Below, in pieces: positions 40,772 to 51,456 of a stretch of 64,000 bases of DNA (positions are counted from its first letter, which is position 1; each line of letters begins with the position of its first letter). Both the position numbers and the translations under genes were made by a program. The stretch comes from a virus, in IMG/VR virus record IMGVR_UViG_3300023174_000003, positions 1-64,000 of that record. The stretch is one strand, 5' to 3'. The notes beneath the pieces are model-generated. The model worked only from the letters and a program-made list of their open reading frames with translations, did no database searches and was not told the DNA's origin.

Positions 40772-40798
40772 AGACAGTTTAACGTCATGCCTAGGACG
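40772..40798 (-). promoter_or_regulatory. family-1 element, copy 3
   Basis: CGUC-CUAGGCAU-GACG-UUAAAC-UGUCU. Confidence 0.8.
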
Positions 40799-40803
40799 GA
40801 TCC

Positions 40804-42630
40804 TTAGTGGCAATCCAGCCAAGTATAACCTACCTTTGCATCCCCTTCTATAAGGCAACGAAAGTTAAAGGTTTGCTGCGCCTGGGGGAAAGCAGCCAGT
40901 GCTTGCTCCTTAACTTTTTCTACATGTTCAGGTAGACAAGCAAGCTGGACCTCGTCATGAACCATGGCAAGCTGCATCCAATCCTTGTCATAGAACAAGT
41001 CAATGTTATTTAAATTGTTATGGATATTGACAACAACTTGTTTCATAAGTATTGCGCCAGCTGATTGCAATAGTACATTCAATCCTTTAAATGCAGAACG
41101 ACAATAGAGTTGCCGACGATCAAGGCCAATAAGATATCCCCTGGTATCAATGTTATCTTGTATCTGTTGTTTAAGTAACTTAAGTGCAGGCACACCATTC
41201 ATGAATGAATTTATTGCAGTACTTCCTATGTCCTTAAGAACTGTTGCATCTTTTTCATTCGGATCAATAATGGTACCAGCCTTGACACCACCACATCCAT
41301 ACAACAATCCATAGAGTAAACGCTTAGATATATCCCTGGTACTTACACCAAATTGTTCTTGGTTATAAGTATGGATATCAACGTCTGGGTTAATGACCAT
41401 ATTACCGTACTCACCATTATCCCAACAAGCCAAGTAACCAGCAAGACATCTAAGCTCCAATGCTTTTGCATCAACACCAATAAGTACATAACCTTTTGGT
41501 GCATGGAATAAGTCACGGCATTCTTTACCGTAAGGACTATATGCCCCTGGCACCTGAGCCATGTTAGGTTCTTTATGACTACATCTTCCAGTGACACATC
41601 CATTTGTATTCATGCTGCCATGCATCTTGTTATCTTCTTTGCTTACAAGTTTTAACCAAGCATTTTGACCATCAGCTATTTGCCCTAGCCTTTTCTTAAT
41701 CAACTGGTACTCAGCTAATAGCTTAGCTTCTGGAAATGGTAAGGCTTCTAGTACATCATCATCAAGTGATGCATTGCCTTTGTCTGTTGTTTTATCAGGC
41801 TGCCAACCATACTTAGTATGTAACCGTTCGACTACCTGCTTGCGTGAACCAGGATTAAATTTGTTTTCTATTTGTTTAGTAAATGGTACACCTGCAACAT
41901 ACCCACGGCCTTTATTGTTTACTTTCGGAATGAATACAGACTCTTCCGTAATAGGCGGAAAAGCTTTTTGTAATGCCTCCTCAAGTTCTTCTTGTCTTTG
42001 CCTAAGCGTATCCACCAGATCAAGAGCTTTGTCCACATCAAATGGAAAGCCAGTAATAATCTGGTCGTTAATTGCTTCAGCAAATTCATGTTCAAGTTTA
42101 AGAGACGACTCAGGGTAGTTCTTAGATTGAATGAAGTTAAACAACTTGTAAGTAACACTTACATCTTGTCTACAGTATTCTGCCATCTCCTCTGAGTATG
42201 CAGAGAAATCTTTGAATTCAATCTTGTTATCAGATAGTCTATAACCCCAAGCTTTAAGTGATGCAGATCCTCTAAGCTTTATTGGTACCTCAGGATACAC
42301 ACTAAGATCAAGATCATACAAGACTTCGCGTGGCCAGATAAGCCTGGTGCATACCAAGGTATCAATAAGTCGAGCCGCTCTAAAGGTATAGAATGGATAA
42401 AGTTTTCTTATGACTGGGATGTCATAGAAGATTAAGTTATGTCCAATTAAAACATTAGCCTTAGCCATGTGCTGCAGGCCGTCAGCAATAGCATCAGGCC
42501 CGTAAGTAAAAGTTTGTTTTCTCTGGACATCATATATAACAATGCAGAAGATTTCCTCTACTTTATCATAGAGCCCATTGGTTTCAATATCTATGACATA
42601 AATCTTTTCATTTGCGGTAAAGTTGTTCAT
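40804..42630 (-). CDS. polA: family A DNA polymerase with 3'-5' exonuclease (T7-like)
   Basis: DIET exo I; DAKALELR motif A; KRLLYGLLYG motif B; VHDEVQ motif C. Confidence 0.97.
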   Translation of the reverse strand: MNNFTANEKIYVIDIETNGLYDKVEEIFCIVIYDVQRKQTFTYGPDAIADGLQHMAKANVLIGHNLIFYDIPVIRKLYPFYTFRAARLIDTLVCTRLIWPREVLYDLDLSVYPEVPIKLRGSASLKAWGYRLSDNKIEFKDFSAYSEEMAEYCRQDVSVTYKLFNFIQSKNYPESSLKLEHEFAEAINDQIITGFPFDVDKALDLVDTLRQRQEELEEALQKAFPPITEESVFIPKVNNKGRGYVAGVPFTKQIENKFNPGSRKQVVERLHTKYGWQPDKTTDKGNASLDDDVLEALPFPEAKLLAEYQLIKKRLGQIADGQNAWLKLVSKEDNKMHGSMNTNGCVTGRCSHKEPNMAQVPGAYSPYGKECRDLFHAPKGYVLIGVDAKALELRCLAGYLACWDNGEYGNMVINPDVDIHTYNQEQFGVSTRDISKRLLYGLLYGCGGVKAGTIIDPNEKDATVLKDIGSTAINSFMNGVPALKLLKQQIQDNIDTRGYLIGLDRRQLYCRSAFKGLNVLLQSAGAILMKQVVVNIHNNLNNIDLFYDKDWMQLAMVHDEVQLACLPEHVEKVKEQALAAFPQAQQTFNFRCLIEGDAKVGYTWLDCH

Positions 42631-42841
42631 CTTGAATTGATAGGCCATGCTTTGACAATTGTTCATCGTTTTCTTGAATCCATTTAAGTATACTGATGAT
42701 CCCTGTTTTTTGAGGATGAGATAACACCTTACTTAAATCTGTTTCACTTAGTACAGGAATCAGATGGAACTTGTTGTTCTCTTGGTCTGCTTGGATGGCA
42801 TGGGGTGTACCATTCAAGATGCAGCTAATGACATAAGCCAT
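42608..42841 (-). CDS. hypothetical protein
   Basis: ORF track. Confidence 0.55.
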   Translation of the reverse strand: MAYVISCILNGTPHAIQADQENNKFHLIPVLSETDLSKVLSHPQKTGIISILKWIQENDEQLSKHGLSIQDEQLYRK

Positions 42842-42934
42842 GGAGGTTAAGACTAATAATCAAGGTGTTTTCCTGGTACTCCCCCAGGGGTCTGGGGGAA
42901 GCACAAGAACATCTAAATGATAACCAGTTTTATT

Positions 42935-43717
42935 TTATTTGCAACCAACTAGTTCCTTTACCTTCTTAACGGTATTATAACCAACAAACTTACCTTGCTT
43001 CTTGCGTAGCTGTATCGCTTTGCTTGCATTAGAGCCAGCCCTCTGGGACCCATGGACCAATAGTGCAAAGGGCTTAGTGCCAAGGCAATGGCTATCATCA
43101 TGGTCTATCTCTAGGCCTTGGGCCGCTGCCTCTTCCTCTGTGTACACAACGTATGCCCTACGGGTAAAGATATGTTCACGCCCTGGAATCAAGCTGTCAA
43201 GTTGACCGCCTATTGATGCAGTCAAGAAGAAGTTACTTGGTATGTTCTCAGCTTGGTTCAACCACATGTTAAGTGATTTAGTAAATGCATAGAAGGTTTT
43301 ATTAAGACGTTGCCTTGCTACCTCCATCCATGCCATAAGATATTGCTCTGTCCAGAAGTCACCTGACTCATGGACTCTTACAAGATCCTCATCATATGGA
43401 TCAATAGAAGCCAAGATAAGTGCAGCCATATTATCTACGGCATGCTTTGAATCAGTATAGGCTGCATCACGTAATAGATCCCAGTTATACCAACGGGCAT
43501 CACGTACGTTAGGCCTAGTCTCTGCCATAGCAGCAAAGCATCTGTACTCTGCAACGTCTTCAATTAGTGCAGCAAGACTATCATTGATCTTACCTGTGTG
43601 CCGGTCAGCAAATGTTCTGCATACACCAGCGCCAGGACATGCATAGCCAGCAGGTAAACTAAAGATTAGTCTTTTGCTGAGCTTAGCATTACCACGGGAA
43701 AACTTGAGAAGGTTCAT
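42935..43717 (-). CDS. GP88-like protein
   Basis: GNAKL...FSLPAG.ACPGA..C, CFA, VRVHESGDF, FYAFTKS. Confidence 0.75.
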   Translation of the reverse strand: MNLLKFSRGNAKLSKRLIFSLPAGYACPGAGVCRTFADRHTGKINDSLAALIEDVAEYRCFAAMAETRPNVRDARWYNWDLLRDAAYTDSKHAVDNMAALILASIDPYDEDLVRVHESGDFWTEQYLMAWMEVARQRLNKTFYAFTKSLNMWLNQAENIPSNFFLTASIGGQLDSLIPGREHIFTRRAYVVYTEEEAAAQGLEIDHDDSHCLGTKPFALLVHGSQRAGSNASKAIQLRKKQGKFVGYNTVKKVKELVGCK

Positions 43718-43741
43718 TGTTCAGTTGAATGTGAGTTGGAT

Positions 43742-43767
43742 AGCAGTTTAACGTCATGCTTAGGACG
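43742..43767 (-). promoter_or_regulatory. family-1 element, copy 4
   Basis: CGUC-CUAAGCAU-GACG-UUAAAC-UGCU. Confidence 0.8.
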
Positions 43768-43786
43768 CGGTAAAACCTACATTGGC

Positions 43787-43981
43787 CTATGCTAAGAGTT
43801 CCATTAGGAATAACAGACGTTTGTTGCAGGCTTCTGATAGCTTGATCTGTTCCTCGGTCATAGGAGTCTGTTGATTGTACAGTGATTCACCTATGTCACC
43901 CATAAGCTTTACATTAGTTAACTTCTTGCGCAGCCTTGCTTTTTCGGCTTGGCTTAGTCGCTGGTACAGAGGCAGCATCAT
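43787..43981 (-). CDS. hypothetical protein
   Basis: ORF track. Confidence 0.5.
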   Translation of the reverse strand: MMLPLYQRLSQAEKARLRKKLTNVKLMGDIGESLYNQQTPMTEEQIKLSEACNKRLLFLMELLA

Positions 43982-44216
43982 GTGAGTTCAGTTGATTGGT
44001 GAGTTGTTTAATACCAGTTACAAAATAAGCATAGTCCCTAGTTTCTGTAATGATTGTAAGTTTGTCACATACATTACATATACCAGTCCAGCATGATGAA
44101 CATCCTACAGAATACACACCATACTTATCGCCACAATCACTGCATGTTACATAGGCATCTTTTAGTTTTTTAATGAGTTGTTTGATTTGTTTCTTGGTCA
44201 TGTCACATGCCTCCAT
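43914..44216 (-). CDS. Cys-rich hypothetical protein
   Basis: C..CG.KYG.YSVGCSS.W.G.C.VC. Confidence 0.6.
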   Translation of the reverse strand: MEACDMTKKQIKQLIKKLKDAYVTCSDCGDKYGVYSVGCSSCWTGICNVCDKLTIITETRDYAYFVTGIKQLTNQLNSHDAASVPATKPSRKSKAAQEVN

Positions 44217-44548
44217 GCTTTACGTAGAATGATTCGGTTAATAGTAGCAGAAGATAACCCATATTTTTCTGCAATTGTTTTTTGCATTATTCCTGTACGT
44301 GCCAAGGTACGGATGTCACGTACGTTATTCTCAGTAAGAATTGCATTTTGATTTGCAGATCCTACATTCTTTATGGCACCCTTGGACCCAAGCTTAGGAC
44401 CAGGCTTGTTGATTGCATAGGTACAAATGGTTTTAAACCTGGTACCACAATCCAAACATCTACGATACTGCCACATCTGATCAATGTGATCTTGATGTTG
44501 AGTGCAGGTAACCCTTGTGTTTTTGCTACGGCAGTTACGACACTTCAC
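44198..44548 (-). CDS. Zn-ribbon (NrdR N-terminal-like) plus HTH protein
   Basis: MKCRNC.S.NTRV...RRCLDCG.RF.T; QKTIAEKYGLS..TI.RI. Confidence 0.75.
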   Translation of the reverse strand: MKCRNCRSKNTRVTCTQHQDHIDQMWQYRRCLDCGTRFKTICTYAINKPGPKLGSKGAIKNVGSANQNAILTENNVRDIRTLARTGIMQKTIAEKYGLSSATINRIILRKAWRHVT

Positions 44549-45065
44549 TGTACTCTCCTACTTTTGCATAACATGCACAATCTTTTCCATCAAGCTCAGT
44601 GAATCCCATGGTGCACTTACGTTCCCAGTGAACACAGCCTGCTGAATAACAACGTGATACTTTATATATTTTTGTTCCATCTTTCTTTTTCATTTTATCT
44701 TTTGTCCATAAAACATTACGGACTATCTTACCTACAGTAGAACGATGGATGCCTAGCTCAACAGCTAGTGCCTTTTGATTCTCACCATTACTTACGCGTT
44801 CTCTAATTTGTGTAGCTAACTCAAATGTAAGTGGTGAATATTGTCTAGGCATTTTATATTCTTCTGGCAAATAACCAATAGTCTGATGTGTTTCCCCTGG
44901 TAATTGATAAGTAGAAAAACGTTGTTGACAGTAAGCACATAGTCGTGATCTCATAATGACACCACTAGAATGATGGTTGGCACGTAGTGTTGTGCAGTGA
45001 TCGTGATCACAGCAAGGACATTTAATAGTCATTGTTTTCAGTAGCAGAAAGAACTTGTTTGGCAA
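44535..45065 (-). CDS. Zn-ribbon plus HTH protein (paralogous architecture)
   Basis: CPCC...RSRLCAYC.QRFST; QKALA.ELGIHRSTV.KIV. Confidence 0.7.
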   Translation of the reverse strand: MPNKFFLLLKTMTIKCPCCDHDHCTTLRANHHSSGVIMRSRLCAYCQQRFSTYQLPGETHQTIGYLPEEYKMPRQYSPLTFELATQIRERVSNGENQKALAVELGIHRSTVGKIVRNVLWTKDKMKKKDGTKIYKVSRCYSAGCVHWERKCTMGFTELDGKDCACYAKVGEYSEVS

Positions 45066-45216
45066 GCGGAATGTTTAATGCTATGCGTAGTGTGTCATTT
45101 TCAAATGCCAACATGCGCACCATGTCTACTGTGGTAATTTCACAAGTAGGAAATCGACTATACATTATTCCCGCAATTTCAAAATATGCGGTGCGGTAAT
45201 CCATTTCTTCAGTCAT
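45022..45216 (-). CDS. hypothetical protein
   Basis: ORF track. Confidence 0.5.
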   Translation of the reverse strand: MTEEMDYRTAYFEIAGIMYSRFPTCEITTVDMVRMLAFENDTLRIALNIPLAKQVLSATENNDY

Positions 45217-45474
45217 AGTACCTACAGCTCCTCAGAGTATTCAGTAAAAAATTCAAAAGCAATAGATTGTTTGTTGTTATTAAGTTCTATGGAAAAAAAA
45301 GAACAGGCAAGAAAAGAAAGTAACACATGAATTCCACCAGAAGCAAAGAATTGATATGTAGGATTTTGATACTTTACCCAGAGCAATGAGGTATTCTTGG
45401 CAATACCAAACTGCCAAAGGCGATCTACATTGCCATCATCCCAAACTTTTTTATCGTATTGAAAAAGTTTCATT

Positions 45475-47786
45475 TCAGTTGGTACCCTCCAGTTCGTCGG
45501 CGATGTCGAGCAGGCCAGTGCGTACACATTCCTCAGCTTCCCACACTCCTCTTTCGTAATCATTTAGATAAGAACGAAGCGTCTTTGGCGGCACTATTTG
45601 ATCAGCAGCAGCACGTAGGGCGGTTGCCAGTGCAGGACCAGCTAGGTCATTGTTGGTGCTGTAGTATGCTTTACGCACCGCTTGCGCTGCGGGGGAAAGT
45701 TCAGTCATGGACGGTGGCCTCATATCCTTCAGCCATTAGCGATGCTGACAATGCCATTGCTAATTGCTTGGTGTACCGCTTTGTGCCGCCAGCGACCATA
45801 TCGGTCACGGTCCAGCGTGTGTGGTTTGTCCAGACGACAATGCGCTCATTGCCTTTCTGAAAGAAGACTGATCGGGGCTTACTCATTGGTGGTCTCGGGA
45901 ATGGGTTGGTACTGTGGCAGCCATTGGCCGTGCTTGTCGGTAAAGCCAGCCTCATACAGGAACTGTTTAGCGGCGATGGCGTCACCGGCCATAGCACGTT
46001 CCATCAGGGTTGGAGCGGTAATGGCGTCTGCCATGTCTTCAAGGGTGCTGGCTGGAACGGCATAGAACGATTCCATGTCGTCGTATTGGGCCTCGGTATC
46101 GGCTAGGTGGCGCAGAACAGCGGCAATGCCGTGATGAATGCTGTATCCCTCGTAAGAGCTGGCAGCTTGCTCAAACTCGTCAACTAGGCGTTGGGCGCGA
46201 GAGTCGCTAGTCACGGGGCCTCGGGGATGTATAGGGCGTTGGCTGGTAGCCAGTGGGTGTAGTCATACATCTCAGCTCTTGTTCTAGTTCGGATGTAGAT
46301 CCAACGCCACATCTGTCCATCGTTATCCCATAACCAACAGTAACCATCTTTGTTAACATCTTTTGGACCGGGCAATCTGCTGTCAAATGGAATAGGAAAA
46401 AACTCATCCGTGGGCTCCACCGGATCCTCAGTCATGGCTGCTCCCCAGCGGAGATGATTGGTGATCTTGTTGCGACGTTTCTGCGTCTGCCAGACGAGCG
46501 TGAGGTAAGCGTTTATGACAGAAGCGGCAAGTAGGCGATCTTTCATGTCAAAGCAAGCATCTTTTGATGCGTACCTGAGAGCGTGCTCCAAGTCAATAAG
46601 TCTGTCTCCAGGGATGGGCCACGCTGTTCCGTCAAAGTGAACGAACGGGCTACCATCGGGAATGGTGATGTCAGTCATTAGATCTCCTCTCCAGTGTTGT
46701 TGGCAAGTGAACTATCTGGTTTGACCGGATAGTTGCCCCAGCGGGCAAGTACAGCGCGGGCGTAGTCGAGGGCGCCTGTGTTCAAGCTGACACGGAATAT
46801 GCCAGGCTTGACTTGGCCGCCAGTTGCATCACTGCAGACTTTGGCTGCGTAGCTGAACTCATCCAGCATTGTTTCGGGCATTAGTTTTAGCAGCTCTTCA
46901 TCAGTCGGCACCACCGGCTCGGGCAACTTGTAAGGCAAACTTACAGGTCGCTTGGCCAAGTTGTAACAACGGCGGCCAAAATCCACAAGATCGCTGTCAA
47001 ATGTGGGACCGTGGATTGACCAAGCCAATCGCAACAGCTCTTCATCAGTCGGCACCACCGGCTCGGGTTGGGCTAGGACAGCGCGGGCATCCTCGACGGA
47101 CTGAAACAGCGCCTGTTCATGGTGGTCGGGCCACTTCCCGCCATGTTCTTCATACGCCTCCACCAGTCGCTGTAGTTCGGAGCGGTAGTCGGGGTTAGTC
47201 ATTGAGGGCCTCCAGTGCGCGGCGGATGGTGTCCATTGCAGTGTCGTCCAAGTAAGGCTTGTTGCTGTTGACCAATGCCAGCGCCTGCTCCTTCAAACTC
47301 GGCGGCTCAGCCAGGGCGGCGCGGGCGCGGCACAAAAGAGGACCGCACTCTTGATAAGTCAGGGGTAGTGATTTAACTACTACTTTTGCCTCTAGCGTTG
47401 CGCAAAGCTCAGCGCACAGGGCGCGGAAGTCAGTCATTGAGGGCCTCCAGTGCGCGGCGGATGGTGTCGTAGGTGGTGTCGTCAATCTTGTCTCTGTCGT
47501 AAGCATCAGCAAGCTCGTGAAGCGCCTGCTCCTTCAAGTTTGGCGGCTTGGGGCGGCGGGCGGCGCGGAGCCTGTCGGACGCCGGCTCATAACCTGGGTG
47601 GTAGATGTGCTTGTCAATCCACTCACAACACGCCTCCAGCTCCTGGTCGGCACCCCATTGGGAAGCTTTAGTAATAGCTTCTCTAAATGTTTTTGAATTT
47701 AGGAGGTTGTGAGTAGGATCAGTCTTAAACTGATTCCAGATTGAATCCACCAGCTCAGGCGGTGGGGTGATTGGGTCGTTAGTCAT
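45475..47786 (-). other. GC-richer mosaic island of short coupled ORFs (45475-45723, 45879-46214, 46211-46678, 46678-47202, 47195-47437, 47430-47786)
   Basis: visibly higher G+C; overlapping start/stop coupling; exact internal repeats. Confidence 0.65.
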
Positions 47787-47817
47787 TAGATTTATTTGAT
47801 TTGAGTAAGGTGGATAA

Positions 47818-47851
47818 GCTGGACTTACATAAGTAAATACTTAATGCCAGC
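47818..47851 (-). promoter_or_regulatory. family-5 bulged stem-loop leader, copy 1
   Basis: GCUGG-CA-[hairpin]-GUAAGU-CCAGC. Confidence 0.7.
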
Positions 47852-47872
47852 ACAATATAACGTTAGTATTAT

Positions 47873-48208
47873 CTAACACCCATAGTAGTCAAGTATTAGC
47901 TCAGCCAACTTAATGGCTAATACTTTAGATGGGATAGTAAGTATTGAGCTTAATCCCCATTTACTGGTAGCTTCTTTTACTTTTTCTTGGTAGTTCAAGT
48001 CAATACCACTATCATCAAAATTAATTATTAACTTAGCAATGTATGATGTTGTTGTTTCATCATCTTCAGGAAGTTCAATGTCATGGGTCACAGTAACTGA
48101 ACTTGCAATTACCTTAGGTTCTGGTTGTGATAGTTCTTCTGCCCATGATGTAAATGGTTTGCCGTTCAAGAAAACTTTATTAGCTGGTTGTTGGAGTGCC
48201 ATGATCAA
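47873..48208 (-). CDS. hypothetical protein
   Basis: ORF track. Confidence 0.55.
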   Translation of the reverse strand: MIMALQQPANKVFLNGKPFTSWAEELSQPEPKVIASSVTVTHDIELPEDDETTTSYIAKLIINFDDSGIDLNYQEKVKEATSKWGLSSILTIPSKVLAIKLAELILDYYGC

Positions 48209-48507
48209 TAGATGTCGTTAGTGGGAGTAAGTTCTAGATCTGAGGACAGAAGCATAATGCCTGCCTCAGCAATAAGCTTGCGAGTTGCATCTTGTCCAAA
48301 AAATTTAAGTAGATCTTGCAACATACTTTTTTTATCATCTGTGTATCCAGTTTCAAATATCAATGCACAAAGGGTAAGCAATTTAGCAACAGGTAGTTGT
48401 CCTATTATTTCATCAGCAGCCAATGGAATTAGATCATCCCATTTGTCCTCAGGTATTGCAGCATACAATGCATCAACTTGTTCTTGATAGTCAGCAGAAA
48501 TTTCCAT
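48205..48507 (-). CDS. hypothetical protein
   Basis: ORF track. Confidence 0.55.
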   Translation of the reverse strand: MEISADYQEQVDALYAAIPEDKWDDLIPLAADEIIGQLPVAKLLTLCALIFETGYTDDKKSMLQDLLKFFGQDATRKLIAEAGIMLLSSDLELTPTNDIY

Positions 48508-48582
48508 GGTGTTGAATGAATGGACAAGGATAGTGTAGTGGAACTAAGGCCAGTGGTTAGCTGACCTTAGCTTTATTTAATG

Positions 48583-48948
48583 TTATGTTACAGGCGTAGC
48601 TTGAGTCTCATGAGTCTCACCCATCATGCCATTCTCCTTGAGGCGATCAAGCATTTGACACATGATCGTTGCATGCTCATGGGTTTTATCCATAAATGCC
48701 TGAGCACGGGCAGCTGATATAGTATGGACTGTACCGTTGGCTTCTACATAAGCCCAACTTCCGTCAGGCTGTGGCTGCCCCTGGAGCGCAAGCCGTTCTG
48801 AGTTACGTACATAACGTAGCTCTAGATTGTGACGGTCAGTTAATCCTTCGTTATCAATCCAGGTTGCACCTAGGTTATAACGTTTGTCATCATCCATGTA
48901 GGCATGGACTTGTGGAATGAGGCCAGTAAAGCAAGATAAAATTGACAT
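48583..48948 (-). CDS. hypothetical protein
   Basis: ORF track. Confidence 0.6.
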   Translation of the reverse strand: MSILSCFTGLIPQVHAYMDDDKRYNLGATWIDNEGLTDRHNLELRYVRNSERLALQGQPQPDGSWAYVEANGTVHTISAARAQAFMDKTHEHATIMCQMLDRLKENGMMGETHETQATPVT

Positions 48949-48970
48949 GAGTTAAGTGCAGTGGAATGTC

Positions 48971-49003
48971 TGGGGCTTACGTCAGGTTGGCGCTGACTGC
49001 CCA
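48971..49003 (-). promoter_or_regulatory. family-5 element, copy 2
   Basis: UGGG-CA-GUCAG..CUGAC-GUAAGC-CCCA. Confidence 0.7.
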
Positions 49004-49011
49004 ATGGTTGG

Positions 49012-50715
49012 TCAGTTAGATACTAGGTCCTTCTCACGGATCTGTAAAGCTTCTTGGAATATACCTTGATATTTCTCACGTTCTATAGATGTCAATGATC
49101 TGTTACTTGGTCCTGCAATCTGTTCTACATGCATGGTGCCATTGGATACCTTGAGTTGTATTGTGAATACAGGCTTGTTGTCAACCATACATAAGACAAT
49201 GAATTGTTTCTTAGCTTTTATAAGATTGGCATATGTTGATGATGCACCTACACAATTACGTACTGCTTGCCCCCATTGTGCAAGCTGATGAGTATCTATG
49301 GGTTGAATGAATGTCCAGATCTCATCAGCAAGTTTTACTTTGACAGGAACAGGGAATAAATCCTGTGGTAGTTTTTGGTTTGGGTTACTTATCTTCCAGG
49401 CTTCTGCTTGTACATGATCATGGAACTCAGTGTAACGCCAACGCCTAGGCGGAGTAAGTTCTTTACCTGCAGCTAATACATTATTAATCATGTCCATTGT
49501 ATCTCTAAATAAATAGAATGTAAGCATATAACAATTCAGTTGATTATCTTTATGCCTATTACTTGGCTTTTCATCTTCTATATATTTGTTTAGCATATTA
49601 AATAATGATGCCACTGGTAGGTTGGTTGCTAGCCATTTCTTTGCTAACGAATCAGTTTTATAATAAGCGATTGAATGGATACGGCCAATAGATAAAAACA
49701 TATTGGTTTGTATTCCAGTCTGTAAATAATCCATAGGGCAGTCAGGATATATATCAAGGATATCTAGAATCCAAGCCAAAGTATGTATAAGTTTTTTGTG
49801 TATAGAACTAATTTCTTTCTTGGACTTAGTGGCTGGATCATTGAACGTATTAATAATTAATTGACATTGCTCATTGATGTAACGTTTAAACCATGGCTTA
49901 CCAAGTTTCTCTTGCATAACAGTAAATGATCTATCTAAATTTTGGGTATACCGTAGCCTTAGTATTTCTATATACAATTCAAAGCTAGGCACAATGTTTT
50001 GATTCTTTGGTATTGATGTATGATGTAATTCTAATAGTTCATGGTAATTATTTTTAGCCGTATCTATTCTGTCCCATACACCACCATCAGTATAAGTAGG
50101 TATTGAATTTATAATGGCTTCTCTGAATGGTTGTATTACACTTGGTCTTATCTCTTTACCTTTTGTATTGTATCCTTTGAAGTTACCATGTTCCCAATAG
50201 TGTGATTGACATCCATTAGATATATCTTCTGCTGTTACAAACTTTGTATAGACATTGAACTCTATGCGTCCATACTTTTTGATAGTAGTATCTTTTCTAT
50301 TTATGTCTCTAATGTATACCTGTTTGCATGTAGTTTCTGTATTCTTAAATGCATAAGTAAACCCATAGATATAATCTTCACCTGGGTTAGGTAACCATGC
50401 TGCAATCCACAAGGATTCGTAGTGGTACACAACAGCTTTAAGTTTTGTTGTGGCTACCATATCTTTATCATATGTAACACGACTAAAAGTATGATAGCGA
50501 TATGGAACTTCTTCTTGGTTAATAGCAATTATTGCTGCAAGTAAATTGCTAGGCATAACAATGTGTGCAGGGATAATATCATTAGGCAAGCCAAGATGAA
50601 AGCGTGGTTTCTTAGGCTTGCTTACAGGAGTAGTAGCAGCTTTAGCCAAAGCTTTTAACTTTGGATCATAAGCTAATAGTTCTGTGCGCAGGTTGGCGGG
50701 TAGTTGGAATTGCAT
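49012..50715 (-). CDS. PcfJ-like domain protein
   Basis: EFHDH...P.DTHQLAQWGQAVRNCVG...Y......TIQL...VEQI.G..N. Confidence 0.8.
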   Translation of the reverse strand: MQFQLPANLRTELLAYDPKLKALAKAATTPVSKPKKPRFHLGLPNDIIPAHIVMPSNLLAAIIAINQEEVPYRYHTFSRVTYDKDMVATTKLKAVVYHYESLWIAAWLPNPGEDYIYGFTYAFKNTETTCKQVYIRDINRKDTTIKKYGRIEFNVYTKFVTAEDISNGCQSHYWEHGNFKGYNTKGKEIRPSVIQPFREAIINSIPTYTDGGVWDRIDTAKNNYHELLELHHTSIPKNQNIVPSFELYIEILRLRYTQNLDRSFTVMQEKLGKPWFKRYINEQCQLIINTFNDPATKSKKEISSIHKKLIHTLAWILDILDIYPDCPMDYLQTGIQTNMFLSIGRIHSIAYYKTDSLAKKWLATNLPVASLFNMLNKYIEDEKPSNRHKDNQLNCYMLTFYLFRDTMDMINNVLAAGKELTPPRRWRYTEFHDHVQAEAWKISNPNQKLPQDLFPVPVKVKLADEIWTFIQPIDTHQLAQWGQAVRNCVGASSTYANLIKAKKQFIVLCMVDNKPVFTIQLKVSNGTMHVEQIAGPSNRSLTSIEREKYQGIFQEALQIREKDLVSN

Positions 50716-50738
50716 GTGAGTGAATAATGAGTGGGATG

Positions 50739-50767
50739 CAGGCAGTTTAACGTCATGCCTGAGGACG
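50739..50767 (-). promoter_or_regulatory. family-1 element, copy 5
   Basis: CGUC-CUCAGGCAU-GACG-UUAAAC-UGCCUG. Confidence 0.8.
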
Positions 50768-50938
50768 TGGACCTAGTCGTATTCGATACCGAATTGCACC
50801 CGTTCTTGGTACGTAGTATGGAACTTGGTTAGCTTAGGTAAGCGCTTAGCAAATCCAAAGGCTAGGTATATGCGTCCCCGTGGTCCACGGAAGACAAGAT
50901 ACCAAGGCCTGAACTCAATAATGAATCCAATCATTCCG

Positions 50939-51220
50939 TTAGATCTCCGATAGGTCGACATCGATCCAGTCAATGTCTTGTTCACGTACCCATGCTACTA
51001 ACTCACTGAACGCAACTTTGTTATCAGTGGTTTCAAGTTTGTCTGGGTCAGTGGGAGGTTGGACCTCTACAACAAAGTTAGCATGGCATAGGCCAGGCTT
51101 GAACTCTGCTGGTTCCTCCCACGTGGCAGGACTTACCTGGATCCTATCATCAATCCATGCTTCCACATAAACGAAGTACTCGCCATCTAATGGAATGACA
51201 TCAATGTTCTCAATGATCAT
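50939..51220 (-). CDS. acidic hypothetical protein
   Basis: ATWEEPAEF.PGLC. Confidence 0.6.
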   Translation of the reverse strand: MIIENIDVIPLDGEYFVYVEAWIDDRIQVSPATWEEPAEFKPGLCHANFVVEVQPPTDPDKLETTDNKVAFSELVAWVREQDIDWIDVDLSEI

Positions 51221-51222
51221 GA

Positions 51223-51435
51223 TCAGACCTCCTGTAGTTGTTGTGTAGCCACAGCCACTGGCTGCTGAAACGCAGAGCCAGGACCATAGCGTTGGACTAG
51301 ATCTGGGAATGCACCTAGGATACGTTGACGGTTAGTGGGATCAGCATACCGTAGTGCGTTGGCCATAGTACTGACGAACTTGCCGCCGTACTTGGTCATG
51401 GTCTCGGTCATGTGATAAATCTCAGTGCTGGTCAT
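51223..51435 (-). CDS. small phage protein (YGG.FV..LA.A...AD..N...I..AFP type)
   Basis: start reset to the ATG after family-1 copy 6. Confidence 0.65.
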   Translation of the reverse strand: MTSTEIYHMTETMTKYGGKFVSTMANALRYADPTNRQRILGAFPDLVQRYGPGSAFQQPVAVATQQLQEV

Positions 51436-51456
51436 GAGTTGAGTTGCGGTGGGACA

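Noticed and set aside
40751-40858. N-terminal extensions called for ssb and for the ORFs at 51474, 52908 and 54804
   Set aside because: They run through the repeat elements; the downstream ATGs at consistent spacing are more credible
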